From positions 25,298,001 to 25,362,000 of the forward strand of contig NC_087436.1 of NCBI RefSeq assembly GCF_036321535.1: a DNA stretch of 64,000 nt. Direction: 5' to 3'. This document shows, in pieces, positions 1 to 13,529 of the stretch (positions are counted from its first letter, which is position 1; the number at the start of each line of letters is the position of its first letter). Source of the stretch: Camelus dromedarius (lineage: Eukaryota). A program made the position numbers and the translations under genes. The notes below the pieces were generated by a model. That model worked only from the letters and a program-made list of their open reading frames with translations. It was not told the origin of the DNA and searched no databases.

Positions 1-526
1 TGGAAGACTGCGGGAGATTTTAGGACCTGTGTTTTATCTTGATAGGGCTGATGGGACTTTAATGAAGAAAGACCAGTATTCCGTGGCCCTGAAACCACAT
101 CCTCTGCTGTCAAATGGGTGCAAGTTCATGGTCTTGAAAATTGTACTTTTCCTGTCTTCAGATGTTCTCATGTGTCCTTTTCTTTTCAGTTCAAAGTAGA
201 AATTAAAATGGGTTTTAAGTGTTTATTCTTCAGCCTAGATTTTGGGCAGATGCCTAATTTCCACTGCTTCCTTACGTCCTGAAGAGTTTACAGGCTTTTT
301 GCTTCTGCCAAAATGAAGCAAACATACAGCTTGGTACTTTGAAGTCTGAGTTAAAGCAAAACTAAATGGACCATGTTTATCTGATCAATTAAGGCATTGC
401 CTACATCCTTAAAACTGATGTTTCTCATTTAGGCAGCATTCTATACAATCCTCAGGAAATTAACAACAGAGACTGAGTTTGGAGAATGGAGGTCATTATA
501 CAAAAAAAGCAGGGAGAGTGTGGGAG

Positions 527-582
527 AAATTGACTAGGCTCCAACATAAGCTTCATAAATTGACTGGGCTCCAATATAAACT
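527..582. repeat. Short tandem duplication, period 30 bp
   Basis: aaattgactaggctccaacataagct (527-552) vs aaattgactgggctccaatataaact (557-582). Confidence 0.8.
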
Positions 583-1766
583 GAAGAATGTCTTTGTAGA
601 AGTGGGGCTGTAGAAAATATTAATGACAGTTCCCAAAATAGAAGTTTGATGTAAAGGTCCTATTATGTAAAGTGATCTACTAGATTCAATAGTCTTTAGC
701 ACGATGGACGTTTATAATTACAAAAGCCTTGTCTTTTTCTCAGAGATTAGCAAGTGCGCAGTTCGGTTTAACCACAGTTCAACGGGGCATGCTCTCTAAA
801 CAGCACCAGGCTGAGCAGAGCAACAGATTTAGAAAAACAAAAAGAGCTTATATTAAAAGTCTCTTAGAAGTTTACAATTTTTCTTTTGGAAACCAAACTG
901 ATCACCACCAATTAATTAGAGTGATATGAAATGGTAGGTAATTGAACCCTCAGGCTGTCCCCCATTAACCTCCTAGCCCACTCTTCTCAGAAATAGTTTG
1001 AAATAGCCCTTCTTTGGCTTCCTTTCCAGCTACCCCAGGACCTGGGAATGTGACCTATTCCAGAAAGACAGCTTTCACTCTTTCCTTAGAAACTCGGCTA
1101 GATTCTTTAACTCCTTGGTTTGAGTGAGCTACATCATCCAGTTGGCGCCAACAGATTTAACTTTAAGCTGTATGAGGATAATGGTTGTGTTTTTTTTCCC
1201 ACTTGGCAGTCTATGAAGATTGCCTTCCAAATTCTAAGGTTTGTCTCCAGAATTGTGGCTTGGCAGGAATACCAATGTACAATTTTCCTGTGTAGGTTTT
1301 TGGGTTTTTTTGGTGGATTTTAATGCTATAGGTCTAGAGGCAACCTGGAATTTTATAAAATAGCTTTCCTCAAGGGCCATGTTTTAAGCCCTCATACTCT
1401 TCTACCATAAATGGTGGGGGTAATGGGGGATGGCAAATGCAAGGCTATTAAACTCTCTGACCCATACTTCCCCCTAAAATTTGCACCACCCCCAACCAGT
1501 TTGATTTTCTAAATGATTTATTTTATGCATCTATCACTCCTACCAAGGAGAGGATGTCTGTTCAGATTTTTAATTAAGTTGTAATTACCCTTTTACTTGA
1601 CTGTATACTACGCATTTTTATATATTATATTATATACTTTTGTGGGTACCTGTAGAAGAGAAAGCTGCTCTGGGGAAAACTGTTTTAAGATGGTACATTT
1701 CTTGACAAAGAGCTGTGTCAATTTAATGAAAAACTTATTTCTCATTGGATTGATACATAAACTTTT

Positions 1767-2047
1767 TTTGTATATATGTTTATTGAAGTATAGTCAGTTT
1801 ACAACATGTCAATTTCTGGTGTACAGCATAATGCTTCAGTCATACATGAACATACCTATATTTGTTTTCATATTCTTTTTCCCCATAAGTTACTACAAGA
1901 TATCCCTGTGCTATATAGCATGAACTTATTGTTTATCTATTTTATATATATTAGTTAGTATCTGCAAATCTCAAACTCCCAATCTATCCCTTCCCACCTC
2001 CTTCCCTTCCTGGTAACTATGTTTGTTTTCTATGTCTGTCAGTCTGT
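1767..2047 (-). mobile_element. Young 5'-truncated LINE-1 3' end (camelid-type) with TSD
   Basis: T-rich tail then 'ttattgaagtatagtcagtttacaa...tctgcaaatctcaaactccc'; TSD tgatacataaactttt (1751-1766) / tgacacatacactttt (2048-2063). Confidence 0.92.
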
Positions 2048-2712
2048 TGACACATACACTTTTGTATCATTAAATGGCAGCCTATGGGGCAAATTTGGAA
2101 AGCTATTCACTTATATATATAAAAAAATTCATGTATATTTTAACCCCTGAGACAATGCTACTGGTTATATTATATGAACTTATTTGCTTTGTTTCAGCCC
2201 GAGATGAAATATCGTGGTTTGTCTGGCGTGGATGTAGGTGTTCTTGACTCTGCCTATTATCCTTCTGTAGACTAGTGAGATGACAATTCTGAAAAGAGTG
2301 AGAAGGAGTAAGAAAAGTTTTTATTCTATTATCTCCTATTTTTTTTAAGACTATTTCAAACTGCCTTCACTGTTTTAAAAGTGAAGATTTTTCTCTTATC
2401 AACAGATGATTAATAAAATCTGGTCTAGTTCATGTTTGGAAAAATGTGGGTCTTGGACGTAATGTTCCTAGTTTGACAAGTGCTATATGAGAAAAGAAAA
2501 GAAAAAAAAAATAAACAGCAGCAAAATAGAAAATCAGTGAGGCAAGTGAGACAGAATCATGAAAGGCTACTCCAGATCTTAACCTATTTAACCTTTTTGC
2601 ATTTTGCTTCCAAATACTCAATATACTATAAGCTTTGGTATAGATGTTGGGTTCGTACTTTCAACTAGCATTGAGCTACATTTCGCTTGACTGTTAATTG
2701 GCCATCTCAGTA

Positions 2713-3062
2713 ATGTGGTATTTTTCTTTCTCTTTCTGGCTTAACTTCACTTAGAATGATGATCTCTGGATCTACGTTGCTGCAAATGGCATTTTATTCT
2801 TTTTATTGGTTGAGTAGTATTCCATTGTATAAATATACCACAGCTTCTTTATCTAGTCATCTGTCAATGGACATTTAGGTTATTTCCATGTTTTGGCTAT
2901 TGTATATAATGCTGCTATGAACATTGGGGTGCATGTACCTTTTTGAATTTGAGTTTCCTTTGGATATATGCCCAGGAGTGGGATTGCTGGATCATATAAT
3001 GTATCTGTTTCTATTTTTTTGAGGACTCTCCATACTCTTTTCCATAATGGCTGCACCAAACT
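2713..3062 (-). mobile_element. LINE-1 3'UTR/ORF2-end fragment lacking its 3' terminus
   Basis: 'tggtatttttctttctctttctggctt...cacttagaatga...ggattgctggatcatat' matches the L1 copies at 29720-29937 and 43465-43820. Confidence 0.9.
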
Positions 3063-3829
3063 GAGGGGTCCATGTTGAATGGCACTGGTAGAGGCTGTGG
3101 TCTGTGGTTTAGGGCTTTGGGAGTTTGATCAATAGGCTGTTCTTTTATTATAGCAAAATTGTAATGAGTATTCAGGGAAGATGCGTTTCTTTCTAAAGGA
3201 AAACTTTTAGCCCTGCTTTATAGAAATAAGATATATATCTATTCAGGATGGAATTGTGGATTTTTTAAAAAAGGTTGTCAACACTACCATTTACTAATTA
3301 GTCTGCTGTGTCTTATAACACAGAATATGTGTCTATAGTCCAGTAATTTGCGAGAGAATTTAGCCTTGGAATCCAACTCCTGTCAGAAATCTATGTGGAA
3401 GAAAATATTATATCCTCTAGATGTCTTTTAGATATTCCAGGCTATGGTTTAAGTTTTATTTGCTTATTTGCTTTTCACTTGAAGTGAGTCAAATCATCAA
3501 ATATCTGAGTATGTGAATCACAGTGCCTTGACTACTGGTAGAATCATTTAGCTGAGATAATTACAAATCATGCCCCTGGCGTCTATTTAGAAATGACATA
3601 AAAATATGCTTGCCAAATTCAAGTATTACATTCTCTTCAGGTATTTGGGGGGACATTTTCCATTTCATATTCTGTGTTTGAAATTTCATGTGAATAATCA
3701 AGTTTATTTCATTTTTTGTAGAGAAGAAACTCTTTTGCAAGTTATTTTTTAGACCCAATGCACCTCGACGTTGAATGAGAATGAGTTGTTAATCTAGTCC
3801 AGGCTCAGATGTTACTGGAGCATTATTCA

Positions 3830-4050
3830 TCTATCCATTCAGCAAGTAAGTATTAAGTGCTTACTGTATGCTGGACATGGTACATAAGTCCTGCTAATTC
3901 AATGGTGAGTAAATAAGGCTTTTTTTTCTTTTTTTGCTCTCAAAGAATAAAGAGTTAGTGGTGGAGAGAGGCATGTAGTTAAGTAATAAAACAAATAAAT
4001 GTAAACATGACTATGGTAAGTACTCTAGAAGGAAAGTACATTGTTATAGA
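3830..4050 (-). mobile_element. L2 LINE 3' fragment
   Basis: 'cattcagcaagtaagtattaagtgcttactgtatgctggacatgg' resembles the antisense L2 3' end. Confidence 0.6.
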
Positions 4051-6319
4051 CATGCATTTAATTGTTTGGTTATTCAGCAAGAAGAGATGCAAACATGTTC
4101 CTCTCCTCCATTCCCTTGTTCTGTGCCACTAGGTCATGATGACTGTTTGGTTTAATACATAGCATGCAAATCATCCCTGTGATATCAGCAACCGTGTGGT
4201 GTTGTGAGTCTCTAAGAAGAGAGACAGTCAATTCAGACAGTGTTTCTGCAGGGAGACAGTTGATGCACTGGTGAATCTAATAAACTTGGCTAATGTGGGT
4301 GGTTCTTAGCATACATGGCTGTGGTGTTGCTAGAGAGAGTAGTCTGGGGGGTGGGGTGGGGGTGGGGAGGCTAAGTGGTGACTTCAAACAGCATAATGGG
4401 ACCAGGCTTGGAGAGTACCTCCTTGCGGTTCAGGGCCAGCACTCTTATAGGCCGTGACTACAAGGCCATCTCCTAGAGCCTGGAGGTCCATGTGGACATG
4501 GAAGAGCTCTAGCTAGGGTCAGGAAAGTTACGTCACAAAATAAGCTTGTTTCCTATTGTAGCTGCAAACCACAAGGGGACCAGGATAAGTGCTAACAGAT
4601 TGCTTTTGTGGCAAGATGTCGGGTTTTGCATTATTAGTCCTGAACCTTGGTAGGCAGCATCGGATGAGCTGCTAACGATTCCGCTTATCTTCATCTTGTT
4701 GAGACTTTTATTAATCTTTTACCTTTTTCTCCTGTTTCTTAACCTTGGCTGGAGAATAGTGCAGCCAGGTCCTGCTGGAGCAATACTATCAAAGGTGGGA
4801 AGGAAAATTTATGCTGACGCCAGGGTGGTGGAGGTTAGCCAATATCTGGGAAATGAAATGCTGAAAAAAAGGTGAGATCAGGACAGAGCATCTGGCCAAG
4901 ATTGTTGCTTCTCTTTGGGTCTCTAGCAGCTCAGGTTTGGGAGGGTCAAGGGGAAGAACACAGAGATAAATAAAGACACTCTGGGGCTTCCTCGGGTTTT
5001 AACAAAGAGCAAATGGCAGCACCACTAACCTTTAATGGAAAAAAAAAAATCATAACTTTAAAGAAACTTTAATACCTGCCTGGTTAAAATTCAAATATAT
5101 GTTATAATGGTTGATGATAAAGTCTTAGAGGGAATAAAAGTGGGTTAGTAAATAATCTCCAAACAGTGACTACAAATGTGTTAAAAATTGCCCAAGAAGC
5201 ATGAAGGCCTTATTCAGGTTGAATCCTCGTGTGTTCTGCAATTTATCTTTATGAATTTGCCTTCCTATATATTTTACGAAGAAGAGCAGAAACTCTCCTT
5301 TGATGTTTGGTGCTTAGCTATGAAGGTTTTGTTGTTTTCCCTGTGAACTGCAAGCTGTGATTGCAAGCAAGCCTTATGAAACATACATGTTAGGAAATCG
5401 TATTTGTTCACTTACATTTATAGACTGTCATCGGTAGTTGAATTTTATCACTAACTTTGTGATAATTAACCTAAGGGCTTATGACTTCCTGGTCTTACCT
5501 TTACTTAAACTACCAGTATAAAAACTCTGTACATTTTCTTGTTAGTTAGAGGATACCTTGGATCTTGGGTCTGTTTTTCTTTTCTCCTATTGATCATGTA
5601 GGAGAATAAATGGAATGACCTACAGCAGAGATGGCTACTGTCCCACAATATCCACGCCATTTTTTTCCTTAGTAACAGAACTCCAACTTTATTCGATGCA
5701 GCAGTGTGCCTAGCTGGCTAAGAACCCTTTGTGTTTTCTCAATATTATTAAGGACCAGGGATTATCATGTACTAACCTGCCTACTGACACAGGAAAGACT
5801 TGCATGGTTCAGTTCAACTTTGGAAACGTTTAAAGAGTTTCACTTATTTCGGTGGTGGCTGTATTTTTCAAACCTCACAATGCCTGTTGAAAGCCCTCCA
5901 TTCGCCCTGACTTCTGAATGAAATCATGGAGCTGAACTAAGCCGCAACAGGAAATTGTGAAGGAAAGTATATTGGACTTCAATATTTTACCACTTTAACT
6001 TACACAAAGATGGGGCTTTTATTTGGCCTTTTAATTTCTGTGTGGTAAAATGATAATGGAATATAGTTCATTATGTTCAAATTTGGGAAAACGTTCCATT
6101 CCTGTATTTGGACTGTGATGACCAATTGTGTGCCTGAGACATCTGTCATTTCGGTTATTAACAAACAACCAAATAGCAAGATGATAGATTTAAAATCAGG
6201 CATATAGAAAGTTAAATTTTAAATTTAACTGAACTGAAAATTCTATTTAAAGGCAGAGATAATCAAAATAGATTAAAAAGTAAACAAGACCCACCTATAT
6301 CCTTCCCACTCCCTGCCTC

Positions 6320-6785
6320 CGCCTCCTTTGCTAATAAAACACTCTTGTTTTGCTTTATTGAGCATCCTTCAACAATTCTCAGGTCATGGCATTGGGGATG
6401 GTTGATCTTTTCTCTGTCTGCAGGGCTGGGGCAATTCCAAGTCCTGGCCAGCCAGAGTCACGAGACTCTTGTTTCAGGAATAGGCATGTGACATAAGCCT
6501 TTAGGTCATCTCTCTTGCAGGATTAGTGAGGCAGACGGATGTACACACTGAGATGCTATTGATTCGCTTTTTAAGGAGCCTGCCTGGGAATGAAGCCCGT
6601 ACAAAGGTAGAAGGACTGAAAGATGGAGATCGATCAAATCCCGATGTCATACTTGGCAGCACATGTCTGAGGCTGAGCCATATCTGAATTTCTCAGTTAC
6701 ATGAAACCATACTTTCCTTTCTTTGTGTCAGCTTTGTTTGGGATGGTGTTCTGTTACTTGTAATAGAAAGAATTCTGACTAACAT
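6320..6785. mobile_element. Old MaLR LTR (MLT1-type)
   Basis: Ends 'tctcagttacatgaaacc...gttctgttacttgtaatagaaagaattctgactaaca', a typical MLT1 terminus. Confidence 0.6.
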
Positions 6786-7684
6786 ATGGTGCCCTATCAC
6801 TGTCTAGCTCTTTCTTATGTACCAAGTTGGGCCATGCAGCTGGGCACAAATTGGGATTAGAAGCAAAATAAGGGGAGAATTTAATCTAGTATTAAATGTG
6901 TTTTAGAGTTAATGTTTGGTGGCTGTTCTGACCTACTTCAGAGACTTAGTGGGAGAAAACTTAATTTCCCACTCCACGAGGCCTCGGAGGCTACAGAAGG
7001 AGCACTTCTCCTAAAAGAGACACCGTTTCCCTGGTTGAAACTTTATTGTTGGCTGTAGATTAAAATGGAATAAAAATGAGAGGGTACTAGAGAGATGTGG
7101 GGATATTGGACTGTCTCAAGCCACATTCAGCTCTGCTAATGCCTCTCTTCCAAGAGAGGAAGAGACGCCAGTGTGGTGCGTCAGTGTGCAGAGCTGGTAC
7201 CGGGCCACGCTGATTTGTGGGTGGAGTTACTGTGCATTGAAACCCTGTGCACGTTTGTGCAGCTGGTGGGTCTATTTGTGTGAAGGCCCTTCCTGGGACA
7301 TGGTACTTTTCTTCTGCTCTGGTTCTCCCTCTTTGTTCCTCTCCTCCTCGTCCTTTCTCAGCCATGCATGGGTGTAATGTTCTTAAGACTTTAGATCCAC
7401 AGATTAAGTGGTTCTGCTTGGAGCACTTAAACCATGTCCTCCAGCTCAGACTTTACCAGAGTTCTGAAATTAAGGGTCAGAAGCTGGCATACCTTTGAAT
7501 GTAGGGGTACTTTGATTCACATTCTGCTATGGTTATGTGGACAAGCAATAGTACATTTATACAATAAGAATGGGGTGGATAAACACATGTTCTTTTTGCA
7601 TAATCTGTCATGAAGCTCTAAGACAAATGTGTGTCTTAATTTTTCTATATGTGAAGAACCCTTAGGCTTTATCTGTATTTGTAA

Positions 7685-8180
7685 GGTGACGTGCAGGTGT
7701 CACTGGGCTGCATTCTCATCTGGAAGCTCGATTAGGGGAGGCCACTTCTATTCCCATTCAGGTCATTGGCAGAGTTCATTTCCCTGTAGCTATATGACTT
7801 ACGGCCCTGGCTTTTTGCTGAGTGCCAGCCAGAGGTTGTTCTTAGCTCCTAGAGGTTGCCTGCAATTCTCTGCCACGTGGTCCTCTCCATAGTAGTTCAA
7901 AATATGGCCATTTGCTTCTTTGAAGCCAGCAAGGCAGTATCACATACCAGTCTGCTCAGAAGGAATCTTATCCAACAATGTAATCATAGATGTGACCTCC
8001 CATTACTTTTGCTGTATAATGAAACCTAACCAAAGGATGGATATCCTATTAACTTTGCCATATTCAATCGGGGAGAGGAAGGTCACAGGTTCTATCCATT
8101 TTCAAAGGGAGGGGATTCTGCAGAGTGTAACATTAAGAGGTGGAGATCATGGGGGTCATCCTAGAATTCTGTCTACCATA
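7685..8180. mobile_element. MaLR LTR (MLT1-type)
   Basis: 'ctgcattctcatctggaagctc...ggcagagttcatttccctgtagct...ggtcatcctagaattctgtctacca' resembles MLT1. Confidence 0.7.
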
Positions 8181-8259
8181 ATCAATATTTCTCAAAGTGT
8201 GTTTCATTGAAGATTACTTCCATAGGTTTTAGGTCTGTATTCATCAATTCATTTTCAAA

Positions 8260-8393
8260 GGGGAATGTCTAGCTCAAGTGGTAGAGCACATGCTTAGCAT
8301 GCAGGAGGTCCTGGGTTCAATCCTATGTACCTCCATTAAGGAAAAAAAGTAAATAAATAAACTTAATTACCTACCTCCTCCCCCACCAAAGAC
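8260..8393 (+). mobile_element. tRNA-Ala-derived SINE (camelid Vic-1-like) with TSD
   Basis: Pol III A-box tagctcaagtgg (8270-8281), B-box ggttcaatcc (8314-8323), tRNA-Ala-like 'gcttagcatgc', A-rich (taaa)n tract; TSD tcattttcaa 8249-8258 / 8394-8403. Confidence 0.9.
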
Positions 8394-8999
8394 TCATTTT
8401 CAAGTAACAAAGTGGCAGGAGACTGATTCAAAACATCTTAAGAAAATAAACAAAAATGTAATGTTATTTATTCATAGAACAGAAAATCTGAGCTTTAGGC
8501 AGACCGGACAACAATGCAATTAGGATTGAGAAGGACTCTGCTTCAGTAGAACCTTGATACAGTGAATAACAAGAGCATAGCAGGAATGGGACATTACACA
8601 TTGAACAGCACTCAGGGAAAGATCTAATAGAGTAATCAGACATTAACACTGGGTGTGCTGTGGCTAGGATCAAGGGCAATCCACTTGCATTCCCTGTGAC
8701 TGACACTAAATCTGTGCCATGTGCAGGATGAGAAAGGAGGAGGACACAGGATCACGTCTGGCCACCGGTCATAGTCTCCTGTACAAACAAAGCATTGTCC
8801 ATTATACCTTCTGCATTTGTAAATGTCGTTGCTTTTGCTTCTACAATAGTCTTTGCTCAACTCATCCTTGCCTACTATGCACCTGAAAAACTCCTATTCA
8901 TTTTTCTGTGATTCAGTTCAGTAACTGTAAGATGTCTTCTCTCATCCCTGTTTGTCATTTAGGTAGATTTGGGTGCCACCCACTGTGTGCCCATAATTT

Positions 9000-9435
9000 G
9001 GGAGACACTGCTCTAAGCTCAACCAATTCCCCATTCTAACCCTCGTCTTTCTTAATATCTCTAGCCAGTCACAGCCATCTGACATGGTTCTTGCCAATGA
9101 GACATAAGCTAAATTTTGATGTGGGAAAAGCTTTTGTTTTCTTGAAACAGGAGTCTACTTTTTCTCACTCTATTGTCCTCTGATATTAAACACACACATA
9201 ATGGCCAGGGCCACACTAGTGATCTTGTGACTGTGGGACTCCATGGTGGAAACGACAGAAGACTCGTAAAGATCTGCTCTCTTACATCCTTAAGCTGATG
9301 AGTCAGCCCAGCAATGAACTCTCACTTTACTTCCTATATGTAAAACAGAACAAAACAAAAACTAACCTTTAACTGTTAAAGCCATTACAGTTGGGTTTTT
9401 AAACTCGCCACCTAATAAGATCCTAAATGAAATAC
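9000..9435. mobile_element. Degraded MaLR LTR (MLT1-type)
   Basis: 'ttcttgccaatgagacataagc' and terminal 'ttaaagccattacagttgggttttt...atcctaaatgaaataca'. Confidence 0.5.
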
Positions 9436-11879
9436 AGTCTTATGCATTTCAAGATGACAGCACTGATGTTAGAACAGGCAGTTACGTATGTAACTTTCCA
9501 CCTATCCTGTGGCACCATAATGAACTGCTTCGTGTTATAAAGTTTGTCTTGTTATTTCTATCTTATTCATAGTAGCATCCATATTCTTAGAAGAGTACCT
9601 GGCACATAGTAAACATTCATCAAATATTTGTTAAATGTTTCATCTTCCAAATTTTAACAGCTTATTTGGAGAGAATAATGTATCTTTGATAATCACCATA
9701 AAAGATGTCTAGTTGTATGATTTATCTAGGTTTTTAGTTATTTTTTTTCAGCATGTTGTCAATAGCTTAGAAATGCAGAGAATGCAGGTGAATAAAATCT
9801 GTAGGTGTTGCAAAACTGTAACTATAGCTAAACTATGGATGATAAAAGCAGTATTCAAAATGAAATGCTAAAAAACTTGGGAAAATCTCATCCTAAGTGT
9901 GGTAAATTCAAAAGGAATAAATGAACTTAGATCCAAAACAACAACCACAAAAAAACCTCAAAATGGCAATTTTGGATCCAGAGTAGATCAGAAGCAAAAA
10001 CTAACAAACTTGTTGGCTGAATGCGAGGCACTTCCAGGTTAACACTGGATGGAAGAGCGCTGACAGAATGAAGAACCTATAACTTGGGAACGATGAGTCT
10101 TGTAGATATGGAAAGGGTAGTGAGAGAGAATATTTATAACCTGTGACATATCTGAAGCACTTTCTTTTAGGAGATGAGTTACATTTATTCAATATAGTTT
10201 CAAAGGGACTAAGAGAAAAATTTGGGGAACAAAGTATGGAAGCTTCAGGTTGAGAAATTGGAGATCAACATGAGGAAGATGTTAGCAATACAAAATCCCC
10301 CAGAGTGGATCTGTCTGACTTGTGAGGCCCAGAGCTGTGCTGGCAGCATCAATTGACAACAAGTTGTCATGTAACAACCCGCTGAGGATAACGCCAACGC
10401 TTGCTGCTTTTGTTAGGAACTTGACTAACTTGCCAGTTAAGATGCTTTCATCTAGGATAAAACAAGTCGACAGATTTTTATTGCTTGTTGGAATTTGGGT
10501 TTTTTTTTCTGAAATAAAATGACAAGTTTTTGGTAGTTATGAAGTGAGGACTTGTTAATCAAAGTCTTTGTTCAACTTGGTTCCTATAATAAGGGGGTTC
10601 CCTGTGCTGCTCCGTAGTTTTCTCAGGAGGAAAGAGCATCTGATGCTGCCTGTTGGTGTTGGGGGAGGCAGGCGCTACGGTGCTTGCCTATTTCACGTTC
10701 CGTGTTGGTGGTTACTTATATACAAACACAAGCATGTTCACATTCTGAGAATCACTAAGCCAGAGGTCATAGTATACCTATCAGCATGCCTATAGCCTAT
10801 TTTTAATTTGGCTAGTACAGTTTTGGACTTTTTTTGAATTTTAATGCTTTTGAAGGTGTAATCAATTATGGACAAAAGGGGGTCTGCTCCAGGTTTTCCA
10901 GCCTTTGTTGTATTTCATTCTTTCCAGAAAGCATTAGCTTTTGCAATTCCTGGAAGCTGTTTTAATTTCCAGGGATAAATCTGAATTTGGCATAATGGGG
11001 ATGCGTTATTGATCTGATAACTCAGGAATTAGTATTTCTGGCCCTCACTGTCTAGACCCAAGGCAGTATGTATTTACCACATTTCTAGTGCTCAGTGGCC
11101 CCAGGTGGCTGGTGGCCACTGCACTGCACAGGAAGGGCACAGAAGCTTCCCTGTATTTGCCATGTGAACAAACCCTCTTTCTGAACCCTACCTCTTCTGC
11201 TTCCTCTGTATCTCTCTCTCTCTCTTTTTTAAAAAACGCCTTTAAGTCTCCTATGGTCCTGTATACTTCTCTTTCCAAAATAATTTACACCATTTTTAGA
11301 AACCATTGAGTACCAAATCCACTTTTGTGTCATGTAAGTTGAAGAACAGTGATTCAGTAATTCAGTACTTGTGTTCACTGCAAAATCCCCCAAACCTAGA
11401 ACAGTTACCGACACATAGACAGGAGTTAAGAAAAATTGGTCAAGTGAATGAATAGGTGAATGAATGAATTCATGCTCTAGAATTAGCCATGGATTGAAAA
11501 ATGTTTCCAGTTCTACCAGATTTCTGTAGACTCTGTTCCACCAGATTTACCTATTTGGGGAGAAGAATAGTCTCTTGGGTGAAGAAGGGATGACCCGGCT
11601 TGGCAGACCACTCCCTCGGCTCCTCCAGGAATACTTTTTAAAATCTAATATCCCAGACTATGGAGATTAGTTTCCTCAGTAAGATAGTTTCATCTCATTA
11701 TCAAGAGATATTGACTCTTCTCCTGATGCAGGTTATGTTATAAATCCTCTTCAATTAATTAGGAAATGAAGGGGTCCAGGTCTGCTATTATTGCTCATAT
11801 CTTGCTACAGTGCTATTAAAAAGGCTAAGCTTATCAAATATATTTTAAATGTATATACCTTGAGGGCTATGACTACCTT

Positions 11880-12160
11880 TTTTTCCTTTACTAGCTTAGC
11901 CAGGTGCCTTCAACATAGTAGGCAGTCAGTAGACATCTTTCAATCATGCAACAGAGCCAAGCACCATCCAAGTCACAAGAGTACCTCAGTCAACAAACCA
12001 GGTGAAGATCCCAGCCCTCATGGAGCTCACATTTAAGCAGAAGAATAGGAAGAAAGAAAGACAATAAGCCACACTCACAATAAATAAGATAAAAATATAA
12101 TTTATTAGAAAGTGATTGGTGTGATAGAAATAACTAGTAGAACAGGAAAAAGAATCATGA
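11880..12160. mobile_element. L2 fragments
   Basis: 'caggtgccttcaacatagtaggcagtcagtagacat' and 'ccagccctcatggagctcacatttaagcag' are L2-like motifs. Confidence 0.55.
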
Positions 12161-13529
12161 TGGGGGAAGGGATGGCAGTGAATTAAGACATTTTGATGGA
12201 GGCCGCTATGCTTTGATCTTATACAATATAATATGATTTTTAAAAGAGAATATAGCAATAACATGCACACGTTTTTTCCATGTATTACATGCAACTGAGT
12301 TAATTTTAAACTGAAATTTTATTTGTATAATATTACTTGGCCGTCCTTTAGCTTGGATGAGACTGAATTGCTATAAACAGAGGTAATGATAGAGGGCTTT
12401 GCAACCAACTGAGAAAAATATAATAAAGGAAAATATTATACGCCTTACTCAATAATCCTTGGTTGGAAAAGGATAGAAAAATCATGCCAACAAATTGTTA
12501 CTGCAAATACCAGTTATGAGAAACCAATAATAACAATGAACTAAAAAGGGTAAAATTACAAAATGGAATTCTACTTGAAAAAGACATGTAACATACAGAA
12601 TCAAAATTATAGAGATTTAGAAAACAGTAATGAGGAAACAGGAGCTATAACAACTTAGAAATTACATATACTAAGTGTTTTTTTTTTCAGATTATATGTT
12701 AAAAATGAGCCATTGGAGCAGGTTGCTGCCCAGATGTACGCATCCTCATTCATAACTAGATAAAAATTAACTTTTTAGCCATATTAGAACAACCATTAAA
12801 TTGAGAACAATAGTTTAAAAAAGTAGCATGGTAGAAGAAATTATAGTGCTCTGTCATCAAAAGATGTGAACTTGGTCTCACCTCTGACAAGTGACCTCTC
12901 ATATTTGTAGCTATAAATGAAATGGTTGGGCCAAATGCCCAGTGAGTTCACTTCTAACTCTAGAATTATATGAGTCCAAATATTCTTCTGGATTATTTCA
13001 ATTAATAGAAATAATTATCTGGGCTTAGAGAACTGGGTTGATGCTATTTAAAATCATGTAATTTCCGTCATAAACCGAAGGAACATTAATAGCATAAATA
13101 CTCCTTTTAGTTGGCCTCTTCTGCAATCTGAAGCCTTTCTTTCATTTCTGATACCAATCTATTCTGTCATTATGTTGGAAATAATAATGGTGGAGGATTA
13201 AATGGGCATATAGCTATATGGTTAGTCCTGATGCAAAACATACTTGTAAACATATTTTTTCTTAAATCAAATAGGTAGCAGAGAAATAACGATGCCCCTA
13301 GTCACAGTGGCCTCAAGACCAGGGATATGACAATAAACTAGTGGGATACAAAAAATAAAAGCCACTGATAGAAAGACTTTAAATAGTGTTGGACCATCAT
13401 CATGTTGTCTTACCTTTAAGACTGAAGCCCAGGAGAGCTATACTTTCAAGACACGAGCATGAAGAGTTCAGTGAATTGAAAACCCAATGAAACAAACAAG
13501 GCTAGTGCAAATTATAAAAAATAGTAATC

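Noticed and set aside
8260..8335. Possible tRNA-Ala gene
   Set aside because: The acceptor stem is degenerate and it is followed by a SINE body and TSD, so it is a SINE.
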